Position numbers and translations under genes: made by a program
Assembly (NCBI GenBank): GCA_964016885.1
Contig: OZ024741.1
Coordinates: 101,060,001 to 101,124,000, forward strand
Reading direction: 5' to 3'
DNA length: 64,000 nt
Origin: Eledone cirrhosa
Taxonomy: Eukaryota
Shown: positions 25,680 to 40,500 of the stretch, one piece after another
How positions within the stretch are numbered: position 1 is the first letter of the stretch
How the letters are laid out: each line of letters starts with the position of its first letter
Notes under the pieces: generated by a model
What the model was told of the DNA's origin: nothing
What the model saw: only the letters and a program-made list of their open reading frames with translations
The model's database searches: none

Positions 25680-25870
25680 ATATAATAATGAAGAATGTCG
25701 GAATTTTATAACATGTTTTTAATTACACATATTTTGATGGTATCAATTATGCAATAGATACGACCTCACCAGATAGCTATTGTATAATTTTTTTAAATTT
25801 ATATTGATCCGGATGATTATTTTGATGTTGCTCTTTCAGCGCCCGGTTCACACACACACACACACACACA

Positions 25871-25933
<63 letters not shown>

Positions 25934-26349
25934 GCGTGCGTGCGTGCGTATGTATGTGTGTGTGTTTGCATGTATGTGTGTGCGTGTATGTATGTGCGTG
26001 TGTGTGTGCGTGCGCGCGTAATGTGTGTGCATGCTTATAAATGTATTTATTTCATAACATTTTTTTTTCTTAATTCAGATGGTCACTGGAAGAAAAGTGA
26101 AGACACTGAGAAATGAGACAACAAACCAGAAAGAAGACATGTTGAAATCTGATAAAAGATGCCACCATGTGTACATTCTAACCAAAAAATCGACTAAATG
26201 TTGTTCTTATTGGCAGAATTGTTAGTCTCAAACAAAATACTTTGTGGTATTTAGTTACCAACAGAGCTTAACTTTATCTTTCATTCTTCCGAGGTCGATA
26301 ATATAAAGTGCCAGTCAACTAAAGGGGTCCATTTAATGTTCTCACCCAC

Positions 26350-26380
<31 letters not shown>

Positions 26381-27962
26381 TCTAGTCTTGTGTCTATTTT
26401 TATTGTTATTGCTGCTGTTGTTTAGTTTTGTGTAATTCCTGATCAATCAAGATCCTTGTGTCAAAGACACTCCAGTCTTTCGTTCCGATACGGTCTGCTT
26501 ATGACTTAATTATCCAAGGTGTCCTTTTTAAAAAGACTGTGAGGTGTTTTGGTATGAGGATGATTTTGCAGCTTTTTAACGTAGGACAAGTAACTTCCTC
26601 GTTAACGTCTTTTGAACTAGCAACTAACGGGAGCAAATACGACAGCAAACAAACGTCGGAAGAAAGACATCGACATAACTAGCACATTATTCTATGTACT
26701 ATACATGCACCTTTGATGAGTTGTTGTGCACCTGAGCACTGTACACAATAATTTCATTATTATTATTATATTATTATTATTATTATCACAGGATATCAAT
26801 ACACGCGCACATACACATATATATACTCACACATACGCTCACCTACTACCCTCTCTCTCTCTCACACACATACACAGATTAACACACACAGATACACTCA
26901 CATACACACATACTCACATATACACACACACGAACACATACTCACATACACACACATACTCACATACACACACTCATACACGCATACATACGCACACACA
27001 ACGTACATACGCACACACAACGTACATACATTTGCCTGCCCCTCACTCACACACACACATACACACACACTCTCTATGTACAGATAGGTATAAAATATCT
27101 ATATATCTATGTGTATCAATTGGCTAATGTTATAACAGAAACAAAACCACTATTCTATTATTTTACTGAATTCCTATTTCAGTGTATGGTGATATTCTTT
27201 AATATACAGGAACAGTAACTCCTACATAACACAATCATTTTCTTTTAATATCATCACAATATTTTATGCTATTCTTTAGATATTTATTGTAATAATTTCT
27301 TAACATATCAAGCAGCTGGAAAGCCGTGCATATTTGAAAATCCGGCGCTACAGATTCAATTAATTGCATACATGTTATTGAGTTTCAATGCAATTTTTAA
27401 AAGTATTATGTCGATATAATAATTTTCAAAGATTGTAAGGCCAAATATTGCACTTAAAATTTCATATTCAAGTGTTTTCTTTTGTTTGGTGGTTTTACAT
27501 TTTAAACAACCCCAGAGTTTACTATTTACATGAATAATATCTGTTGATCGACGTTTTTTAACACAATATATTAGTGGTTTTATTGTATTTAGTACGCAGG
27601 ATGCTCACCTAAAGTATTTTCCATCAGCTAGATTGTTCATAGTTAGAATTTGTGTCACTGCGTTACCCATCCCCACTCTCTCTCTCCGCCCCATATATTG
27701 ATCACTCTTAGTCTTGCCAAGTGAAGCTACTGAAGAGATCTAATAAGAGCGAAACACATCCGGTGCTTTCATTAGTTGGCTCTCTTGACTAGATCCAATC
27801 AAACTTGTGTTATCTATATTCTTTGAAAAATGTCAATTAATTGAAATAATTGGATTTATCTCCCTGGATTGTTGTTTGTAGATATTAAACATCTCGAAAG
27901 AGGAGTTTTGTCTATTAATTGCAGTGACAATTTCAATTAATCCAAGTAATCAGTAGTATCAT

Positions 27963-27963
<1 letters not shown>

Positions 27964-28015
<52 letters not shown>
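27964..28015. repeat. (CTA)n trinucleotide repeat abutting the kinase start codon
   Basis: Seen directly; followed by ACAAATGG. Confidence 0.95.
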
Positions 28016-28016
<1 letters not shown>

Positions 28017-28019
28017 ACA

Positions 28020-28883
28020 ATGGGTTCTAAATTTTGGAAAACTGTCAAAAAGATCCAAATTGCCACTGGCGTTCATCCTTATAGACATTTAACTTTAGAG
28101 AATCTAGAATTACCAATTCTGGAAATGGAATTTCGGTACTTGGCACGCACCGATGGAGACAAAGAGTTAGTTGGTAAGGGCACATACGGCCGAGTTTACC
28201 TGGGTAGATGTAAAGGATTGTCACATTTAGTGGCTGTGAAATGCTTCAAGAACAAAGACATGAAAGAAATCTACGCTGAAGCTAAAATCATGAACCATTT
28301 GTCGGAAACAGGAGTGGTGCCAAAATGTTTCGGTTTGATTTCTGAAAATGGAGAAATCCAACCGTGTTTAGTTCAAGAATACTTCGGTCAAGGTATAACG
28401 CTTTCAAAGTTCCTCTGTGATTTACGTATTACGCTTACAAACAAAAGTTGTTTAGGGATTTGCTTGCAGCTTTCTCGTGGTTTAAAGAAAATACACGCTC
28501 AAGGCATTTTATTAAATGACATCAAAACTGATAACATACTTATAGATCGATACAGTCTGGATTTTCAAATACGTTATATAGATTTCGGGTGTGCTAGCAC
28601 ACTGAAAGGAATGTCGTTTGATATTCCAGAAGACGAAAGTTGTTATCACCTTGCGCCAGAAGTCAAAGTCAAAACTCCAACCAGCATTTCGTCCGATGTG
28701 TTCAGCCTAGGTCACGTCTTCGATGCCATTCAAGATCTGATGAGGGTGGATTGTCTCATTCCCCTCGTTAGCAGCTGCACAATGGTCAACCCTAAAAAGC
28801 GCATCAAACTTCAAGATCTCATAGAAGACCTCAAGTCTCTTCATCACGAAATATTTTATCGAGAAATGAGAAGCTGGGATTAA
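28020..28883 (+). CDS. Intronless protein kinase, 287 aa, non-RD, probably Ser/Thr type
   Basis: GKGTYGRV, VAVK, alphaC Glu (AEAK), catalytic loop LNDIKTDN, DFG, APE and SDVFSLG in one uninterrupted ORF. Candidate AATAAA at about 29413. Confidence 0.9.
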   Translation: MGSKFWKTVKKIQIATGVHPYRHLTLENLELPILEMEFRYLARTDGDKELVGKGTYGRVYLGRCKGLSHLVAVKCFKNKDMKEIYAEAKIMNHLSETGVVPKCFGLISENGEIQPCLVQEYFGQGITLSKFLCDLRITLTNKSCLGICLQLSRGLKKIHAQGILLNDIKTDNILIDRYSLDFQIRYIDFGCASTLKGMSFDIPEDESCYHLAPEVKVKTPTSISSDVFSLGHVFDAIQDLMRVDCLIPLVSSCTMVNPKKRIKLQDLIEDLKSLHHEIFYREMRSWD

Positions 28884-28960
28884 ATACACACGCGAGCATC
28901 AAAAAATTACAGAGACACGAGACATAGGCACACACCAGTATATATATATATACAGAGAGA

Positions 28961-29005
<45 letters not shown>

Positions 29006-29589
29006 AGACTGGAAGTTACCAGTTTAGACCAGTAAGACCATCGTTCAGCTAAGTACTCAATACTTGGGAAGGCAGAGTATGATATATATAGTTCTAAAGT
29101 TAGAAAAACAAAGTAGATTAATTAAAATAGCAAGTCTCAAGAATGTCTAGAACGCCAATTAATTAATATACAAAATACAACACCAAAGAGTCTTCAGAAC
29201 TTCCTTTGTTTTATATTTTTATAATTTCTTCTCAAAACCTTCCAATTTGTTTTGGCATTTAGAGAACTATGTTAAAAGGAGGCTGTAGATACGAGGCTGC
29301 CCTCACACGATGTAACTCCCTTAAAAGGTTTTCTGTATAATCTATATTAGAGGAAAGATATATTATCTTCCCAATTCTATGAGTTGAAGTGAAATATTTA
29401 TGAGGATATGTTAATAAATGTATTTATTTATATATTTATTATATTCGTTTTGAGTAATTTATCTATCTGTCTGTCTTTCTATCTATTTTTGTATGCCTGT
29501 CTACCTAGATTTATGTGGGTGTGTACCTATAAATTCATATATACATAAATGTATACATTTACATATATGTATGTGTGTGTGTGTGTGTG

Positions 29590-31125
<1,536 letters not shown>

Positions 31126-31167
31126 ATCTTCTATACACAATCATACACACCCGTGTATATTTACCTA

Positions 31168-31229
<62 letters not shown>

Positions 31230-31242
31230 ATATATATATTAT

Positions 31243-31316
<74 letters not shown>

Positions 31317-31353
31317 TATATATATATATTATATTATATATATATATATATAT

Positions 31354-31387
<34 letters not shown>

Positions 31388-31533
31388 ATATATATATTAT
31401 ATATGGAAAGTTATATTTAAATTGTTGGGTTACAACTAGTAAATATTTATAACTGATATAAAAGCACTCGACAAGTATTTGGAGTATATTTACAATATTA
31501 AATAAGTGGAAACTATATTTATAAAACCATATT

Positions 31534-31599
31534 TATTTCATTATATATATTTCAGGGATGTCATATTAACAATATGCTATGCCTTCCTCAGACAAAATA
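31534..31599 (-). ncRNA. Type I hammerhead ribozyme motif (left arm)
   Basis: Mirror of 31785-31850 with one stem II substitution. Confidence 0.65.
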
Positions 31600-31784
31600 C
31601 AATATAAACAGTTTTTATAGATAAATAGATTTGACATACCGTAACAACATCGACTTGTATTTGAAAAGTTGAATTGGCAGTTCAACTTTTCAAATACAAG
31701 TTGATTGCCAATTCAACTTTTCAAATACAAGTCGATGTTGTTACGGTATGTCAAATCTATTTATCTATAAAACTGTTTATATTG

Positions 31785-31850
31785 TATTTTGTCTGAGGAA
31801 GGCATAGCATATTGTTAATATGATATCCCTGAAATATATATAATGAAATA
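31785..31850 (+). ncRNA. Type I hammerhead ribozyme motif (right arm)
   Basis: Stem I TATTTTGT/ATGAAATA (8 bp, 2 GU); CTGAGGA; stem II 12 of 14 bp with loop GTT; GAAA; palindromic stem III (ATATATAT); AUA cleavage triplet. Confidence 0.7.
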
Positions 31851-31904
31851 AATATGGTTTTATAAATATAGTTTCCATTTATTTAATATTGTATATATAT
31901 TATA

Positions 31905-31978
<74 letters not shown>

Positions 31979-32008
31979 ATATATATATATATATATTATA
32001 TATATATA

Positions 32009-32165
<157 letters not shown>

Positions 32166-32211
32166 ATATATTATATATATATTATATATATATAATATAT
32201 TATATATATAT

Positions 32212-32272
<61 letters not shown>

Positions 32273-32280
32273 ATATATAT

Positions 32281-32369
<89 letters not shown>

Positions 32370-32392
32370 ATATATATTATATATATATATAT

Positions 32393-32423
<31 letters not shown>

Positions 32424-32524
32424 ATATATATATATAAGGGAACATTTTGAACAGGGACAAAACAGAGAGGCAGTACAACGAATGTTTATTAATTTCACGC
32501 TCTGGAGAGTGGGGTGTTGGTGGG

Positions 32525-32560
32525 GGACGACGTTTCGGGCATAAGCCCTTCCTCAGGTGA
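32525..32560 (-). ncRNA. Minimal hammerhead-like motif in an island of about 140 bp (32436-32575)
   Basis: Minus strand CTGAGGA-A-GGGC-TTAT-GCCC-GAAAC-GTC. Stem I is only 2 bp. Confidence 0.5.
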
Positions 32561-32679
32561 GAAGTGTGTGGGATATTATATATATATTATATATATATAT
32601 TATATATATTATATATATATATTATATATATATTATTATATATATATATTATTTATATATATATATTATATATATATAT

Positions 32680-32710
<31 letters not shown>

Positions 32711-32726
32711 AAATATATAATATATA

Positions 32727-32777
<51 letters not shown>

Positions 32778-32800
32778 ATATATTATATATATATATATAT

Positions 32801-32853
<53 letters not shown>

Positions 32854-32859
32854 ATATAT

Positions 32860-32891
<32 letters not shown>

Positions 32892-32907
32892 ATATATATT
32901 ATATATA

Positions 32908-32939
<32 letters not shown>

Positions 32940-32945
32940 TATATT

Positions 32946-33010
<65 letters not shown>

Positions 33011-33062
33011 TATATATATATTATATATATATTATATATATATTATATATATATATATATTA

Positions 33063-33116
<54 letters not shown>

Positions 33117-33183
33117 TATATATATATTATATATATATTATATATATATTATATATATATATATATTATATATATATATTATA

Positions 33184-33232
<49 letters not shown>

Positions 33233-33326
33233 ATTATATATATATATTATATATATTATATATATATTATATATATATATATATATATAATATATATATA
33301 TTATATATATATATATATAATATATA

Positions 33327-33371
<45 letters not shown>

Positions 33372-33452
33372 ATTATATATATTATATTATATATATATAT
33401 ATATATATAATATATATATATTTATATATATATATATATAATATATATATAT

Positions 33453-33483
<31 letters not shown>

Positions 33484-33509
33484 ATATATATATATATATA
33501 TATAATATA

Positions 33510-33559
<50 letters not shown>

Positions 33560-33661
33560 TATATTATATATATATATATATTATATATATATTATATATA
33601 TATTAAATATATAATATATATATATTATATATATAATATATATATATATTATATATATATA

Positions 33662-34310
<649 letters not shown>

Positions 34311-34324
34311 ATTATATATATATA

Positions 34325-34405
<81 letters not shown>

Positions 34406-34473
34406 ATATATTATATATATATATATATTATATATATATTATATATATATTAAATATATAATATATAATAATA

Positions 34474-35506
34474 ATTTTTCTCTCTCTCTCGTCTGCGACT
34501 TCACAGAACTTATGTTTACCGAATTCGTAGACAAGATCCCTTCTTCCTCCCGTTAGACCTGTGCGAAATTCCTTCCTTGCTCACATTTCAACCAGGTTTG
34601 ATGGTCTTTATTCTCTCGTTCACGATTTCACCGAATTTATATTCATAGAAATCTGGGACTTGTCTCTTTCTTCTCACTTTCTGTTGCTTAAACCATTTTG
34701 TTTGTTTACTCTAGCGTCCCCTTTATTTACGTGTCCCAACGACTTTTTTTAGCCGTTGCTCGCACCAACCTGAGGTATATGGCCTTTAAAGCGATGAAAT
34801 GCCTACGACGGTTGGAAGGCCACTGATGAAGGACAAACTTTTTCATATGTAACCCATTTGCAACGCCGCAGCTCCATTATTATCATATTTACACATATTT
34901 TTTCCTCTGCTGCTACCCGTCTGTTTCGTTCTTTGTATCTTTACCCTTTCTAGCAGTCTCTCTCTCTCTCTGTTAGCCTCATCCTCACCTTTCACTCACT
35001 CATTCTCTGTCACTACCTCTCCTCCTCCCCTTTCTTCCCGTTTGACCTGTCCGAATTCTTTTCTCGCGCGTTCTTGGCCAAGCCGGTATGAATTTTTTTC
35101 TCTCTCTCTCGTCTGCGACTTCACAGAACTTATGTTTACCGAATTCATAGACCAGACCCCTTCTTCCTCCCGTTAGACCTGTGCGAAATTCCTTCCCTGC
35201 TCACATTTCAACCAGGTTTGATGGTCTTTATTCTCTCGTTCACGATTTCACCGAATTTATATTCATAGAAATCTGGGACTTGTCTCTTTCTTCTCACTTT
35301 CTGTTGCTTAAACCATTTTGTTTGTTTACTCTAGCGACCCCTTTATTTGCGTGTTCCAACGACTTTTTTTAGCCGTTGCTCGCACCAACCTGAGGTATAT
35401 GGCCTTTAAAGCGATGAAATGCCTACGACGGTTGGAAGGCCACTGATGAAGGACAAACTTTTTCATATGTAACCCATTTGCAACGCCGCAGCTCCATTAT
35501 TATCAT
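34474..35506 (+). repeat. Tandem duplication with a 620-bp period (about 1.7 units), with degenerate hammerhead-like boxes
   Basis: 34474-34886 recurs at 35094-35506. Each unit has CCAAC-CTGAGGT...GAAA...GTTGG and a downstream CTGATGA. Confidence 0.85.
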
Positions 35507-35754
35507 ATATATATATATTATATATATATTATATATATATATATTTATTATTCTCCGTTATGTAGAGAACAAATCCGTTGTTCTATTTAGCTGCTATTTT
35601 TTTAGTAGTAATATAGACAACACGTCTATGGTTTCCCACTTTTACTTCAGACCGGTTCACATACGGGTCACTTTCACGACCTTATCAGACCCGTGTTAGC
35701 TGGCGGAAGGCGATATATTTTATCGTTCCTGGGTCTTTAGCCCTAGGAAAGGAA

Positions 35755-35843
35755 AATGGTTCTCTGAAGAACTTTGGTTTTCCATTAGATATCCATTGGA
35801 TTTCTGGTGTTTTACAAAGCGAAACTGATCAGTAAGGGCCATT
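35755..35843 (+). ncRNA. Type I hammerhead ribozyme motif
   Basis: Stem I AATGGTTCT/AGGGCCATT (9 bp, 2 GU); CTGAAGA; stem II CTTTG/CAAAG with a large loop; GAAA; palindromic stem III ACTGATCAGT; GUA triplet. Confidence 0.78.
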
Positions 35844-35918
35844 AGAAGAGGTAAATATTTATATTATATTTTTTAATTTATTTAAAAAATTGGTTAAATT
35901 TTGCTTGTTCTGCTTATC

Positions 35919-35994
<76 letters not shown>

Positions 35995-36031
35995 ATTAAA
36001 TAAATGGAAACTATATTTATAAAACCATATT

Positions 36032-36097
36032 TATTTCATTATATATATTTCAGGGATATCATATTAACAATATGCTATGCCTTCCTCAGACAAAATA
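36032..36097 (-). ncRNA. Type I hammerhead motif at the putative 3' end of the Penelope-like element
   Basis: Same sequence as 31785-31850, on the same strand as the PLE ORF. Confidence 0.7.
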
Positions 36098-37465
36098 CAA
36101 TATAAACAGTTTTATAGATAAATAGATTCGACATACCGTAACATCTACTTGCATTTGAGAAGGTTGATTTGGTAGTGACAAAATTGTACACAAAGAGAAA
36201 GAAAGAGAGAGAGAAAGAGAAAAAAAGAGAGAAAAAAGGAAAGAAAGACAGAAAACGAAGAAAAAGAAAAAGAAGAAATGCATGGAACAAAATAGAGAGA
36301 TGGAAAGATAGATAAAGAGAAGAACTTCATGTAAAGAAACAGAAAGAGATATATATATATATAGAGAGAGAGGAAATAGAGATAGATATATATATATATA
36401 GAAAGCTAGGTAGTGGGACGACTGTTGAATAACGTATCAATGATACATTTATTTATTTATTTATTTATTTAGCTCTAGTATTAATGTAAGGGAGATATAT
36501 GGAGGGAAAACCAGCTGTTATATAGGGAGAGAAAAATATAGAGAGAGAAAAAAGAGAGAGAAAAAATTCAAAAATATCCAGACACAGGCGAGGCGTAAAA
36601 AACCTCTGTTTTAATATAGAGGTATTAGTATTTACAAAACCAGCCTCTACATTGTAAATATCAGTATTCCTGAATGAGATATGTATCCACAATGTGTGAA
36701 AATTAATGATCTTATGTTTAGTTTTTTAAAAACTTCATATGTTTATGTGATAATTACAAACATCTATGTGAATGTACATGATCAATTCTGCAAACCTTAA
36801 GTTCACGGAAAGTATTCTCAATGTGGTATAAAAATTTAAGTATACATATATGTGTATATAGAGTCAATATTACTATTTCAGTCTATCAAGCAAAGATAGA
36901 GCAGATTTCAATATACTAATAAAAATAAAAATAAAAATATATCGGAAACAAAACTAAAAATAACAATAATAATAATAAGTAATAATAAAATAGAAAACTA
37001 AGAAATATTACGAAAGCATATTACATATTAAAAATATTACATATTAAAAAAAATTTACATATTAAGAATATTAAAAATAAAAATTAGGAAATACTACAAT
37101 AATAAAAATAAAATAAACCACAAAGATCAACCCTTCAAAATTAATTGACAATATATTGCCAAGTTCATTATAAACATCAGAGTCGAAAAACAGATAAAGC
37201 CAAAAATTATCTATCAAATCGCATCTAGTAAAGATCATTTCAAAAAGTATAGGATGCCCAATTTGGTCTACATGTGTTCTTATATTTAATATAGAAGTTT
37301 ATCTAGTGTAACGTTTATTTGAAATATTTGCAGCATCAACTTTTAGGATAGCTTAATTTTTCATGAAGAATGTTTAAATAAATAAAATAAAAATAAAAAG
37401 AATAAAAAGAGAATCAAAGATTTATCGGCTAGTTTCTCATATAATTATAAATCAAACTAAATATA

Positions 37466-39357
37466 CTACATTTTAAATTTAAATTTATATTTAAACGTTG
37501 AGTTTAATCTATGTTTGCAACAACTGAATAAATTTGTCCGTAGATTAAGGGAATTTTTAGATTTTAGTATAAAGAATATCTCATCTGCGCAGAGGTCACA
37601 TGTCTCAGAGGATGAATTAAAAGGAATCCCTTTTGAGACTATATTCCAAGCCGTCGAATATCTAACGTTATCTAGCTTAAGTTGCCATAGTACGCCTGAT
37701 AGTGCCGTTGAAGATTTTTTACTTGGATCTGTGAAAGAATTCTTGTGGTTATTATAGCGAAGTTTAAATTCCGTCGATGTGGAACCGACGTAGTTAAAAG
37801 AATTAGAGTCAGTATTAACATTACAATTGTATACTATATTTTTAACTAAGCAGTTGTTATTTAACGGACATTTAGATCTATCTCTACAGTTACATTTGTT
37901 AACTTGTATATTATTTATGCTGTTATCACTAGGTTTTAAGTTCCTATTATTTATTCTATTGATATTTTGTGCTAAATTTTTGGTGGATGAGTAGGTTAAT
38001 TTAATTGTATGTCTATTGAAAATTGAGTGATATCTATGTGTTCTAGGGAAGCGATTATCAAGAGCTTTAAAAAATAGTTTAGCGATGTGGGTTTTAATGT
38101 TTAGTGAGAAGGGGGGGGGGGGGCAAACCAAATTATGTTCCTAGTTCTATTTCTTTTTTGGCCTTTGGAATTATTGTAATGCTTTCTATTATAGTTGTTA
38201 AGGATGTTGCCGTAATTAAAAAAGTTGTTACTTTGTTTAGTTTGTCTATCATTATCTATGTACACAATCTTATCAGCATATCCTGCTCTAGCTAATGCTT
38301 CATTGTAGTATTGGGCTTTTTCGTCGAAAATCTTTCTATTCGACGAGATCCTAGAGATACGTTTTTGGACAGAGTTTACTATAGTGTTTTTGACAGATCT
38401 GGGGTGGTTAGAGTTAAAGTTTACATAGTTTAAGTTTTCATTCAACTTGTGAAAAGGATAGTGAAGACATGTGTTGAGATTTAATGTTATATCTAGGAAA
38501 TTGACTATTCTATGGTTGTTTTCAATTTCTATTTTAAGATTAAAATAATTAAAAAATTGTGTAATTTGTTTACATTTTCTATTTAGTTCAGAGTTATTAT
38601 TATCAATAAGTAAAAGCATGTCGTCTCTATATAAACCTCCGGTAGTACCGGGTATTTTCCTATGTAGCGAATTGATTAAAAATAAACCCACAAGGTCAGT
38701 TACCTGGGCTGAGTCGGATGATCCCATAGTAATGTCAAAATTGCTATCTCTATCTGCTCTGGTCCATAGTTGGTCATTAAATTCTATCAAAGTTTTCCTA
38801 GCCGATAATATAATATGCATTTCATTGCTAGTTAGGTCAGTATGTTTGAATGCGTAATTTAGTGCCTTATTTAGTAGATTAGGGGTAATAGAAGAATAAT
38901 AGTTAGCTATATCAAGTTGAATAAACTTATTATTATTGTTATATTTAATTTGCTTAAACCACTCAACGACCTCTCCAGTTCCCTTCCACAAGCTCAGGTT
39001 AGATAAACAATCCAAGTTCTTAATTTGCTGTATCACCCTGTCAAGAATGTTTTTGCTTAATTTGCCCAGGTCCGATTTTGATGGTGCGATCAATCTAACT
39101 GGCAGGTCATTTTCAAAATTCCGCTTGTTATCTTTCATATTGATCTTCGGTTTCCTGGGCACGAAAGGTTGTGTTCTGTTCTCAATTTCCAACTCGTGCA
39201 TTATACAAGATGCTTCGACATTCATTTTCTCAAGCTCGGCCTTATCTGCTACCTTGTACTTTTTCCTCATCTCTTTCAGTATGAGGCCATTATACATGTC
39301 TTTCTGCACTCCATAGAGGTTGTTGGTCTTGTCTTTTAATTGATATGTATTCTCCAT
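37466..39357 (-). CDS. PLE reverse transcriptase plus GIY-YIG endonuclease, frameshift in the G-run at 38111-38123
   Basis: QLDIANYYSSI, FDITMGSSDSAQ, GLYRDD, FLDITLNL, SNHP; then CNCRDRSKCPL..C..NIVY...YVGST...RYNNH...CDLC..E...CKH. Confidence 0.9.
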
Positions 39358-39526
39358 CCCTTACGTAGACAATATGTTTTTCACTCTGGTGGTATTCTAT
39401 CCCCTATAATTGAACACATACCTTTTTGTGTATTTTTCTCTATATACTGTCTTATAAAGAGCCCGGTTTCTACTCCTTGAGCTCATTAAATTGCAGGGGA
39501 TTAACGCGAGTCTTTAACTCTGTTTT

Positions 39527-39636
<110 letters not shown>

Positions 39637-39997
39637 AATTATAAGAAACGAAAGGGGCTGTGTGGTTACTGTAAACAAAGTTTAAGATGGTAATATGGAC
39701 GAAACAAGAGAAGAAAAGAAATCCTCTTATCTGCTGTAAACCGAGATCATAGATGTTTTGGCGCTTAATACAGGACATCTAAAAGCCATCAGCGGCGCAC
39801 CCATATACATATATATATATGAAAAAAAGTAAAAAATGAAAACGGGCCACGGAGCACTCGATCAAGCTTTCTGTATAGAAAGCAAATACAAAGGCTGGAG
39901 AGAGTTGGGCTCCGCCAGGTTTAAAAGTGCCCTAGACACGCCGTATGACTCTGCCTCTACGACTCCACAAGGAGTTATGGGGTCTTTATCTTTTATA

Positions 39998-40120
39998 TGA
40001 AGGCGCGTGGCTGAGTGGTTAGAGAATTGGATTCGCAATCGTGAGGTTGTGAGTTCGATTGCTGGACCGGGTGATGCGTTCTGTCCTTGAGCAAGACACT
40101 TTATTTCACGTTACTCCTTC
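39998..40120 (+). mobile_element. tRNA-derived SINE family B head; copies at about 45687-45830, 50360-50670, 60330-60625 (minus), 60846-61075 and 62994-63250
   Basis: A-box TGGCTGAGTGG, B-box GAGTTCGATT, and conserved TCCTTGAGCAAGACACTTTATTTCAC. Confidence 0.8.
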
Positions 40121-40235
40121 TACCTGGAGTTGACCGATAGATAGTATTAGCAATTGGAAAGACCAACGGAAACATTGTTTCCTCGGTCCAATTTGACGAA
40201 AGTCGATCGACTGTCAAATATATATATATATATAT

Positions 40236-40500
<265 letters not shown>

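Larger units (their letters stand above)
31491..31893. repeat. Palindrome with arms of about 189 bp and a 26-nt spacer, plus a one-sided tail (31404-31490); PLE terminal-repeat derived
   Basis: Arms 31491-31679 and 31706-31893 differ at about 3 sites. The same sequence occurs at 35991-36170. Confidence 0.92.
35991..39360 (-). mobile_element. Penelope-like element, 5'-truncated (RT, GIY-YIG, and putative 3' terminal repeat with hammerhead)
   Basis: Coding region at 37466-39357. An AT-rich 3' region ends at (TA)n. Linking the hammerhead repeat to the ORF is inferred from strand and position. Confidence 0.75.

Noticed and set aside
39740-39990. Degenerate hammerhead-like halves (CTGATGG...AAAAC; ACTCC-GGAGTC)
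   Set aside because: Core boxes are incomplete, so they cannot be supported without a family consensus.
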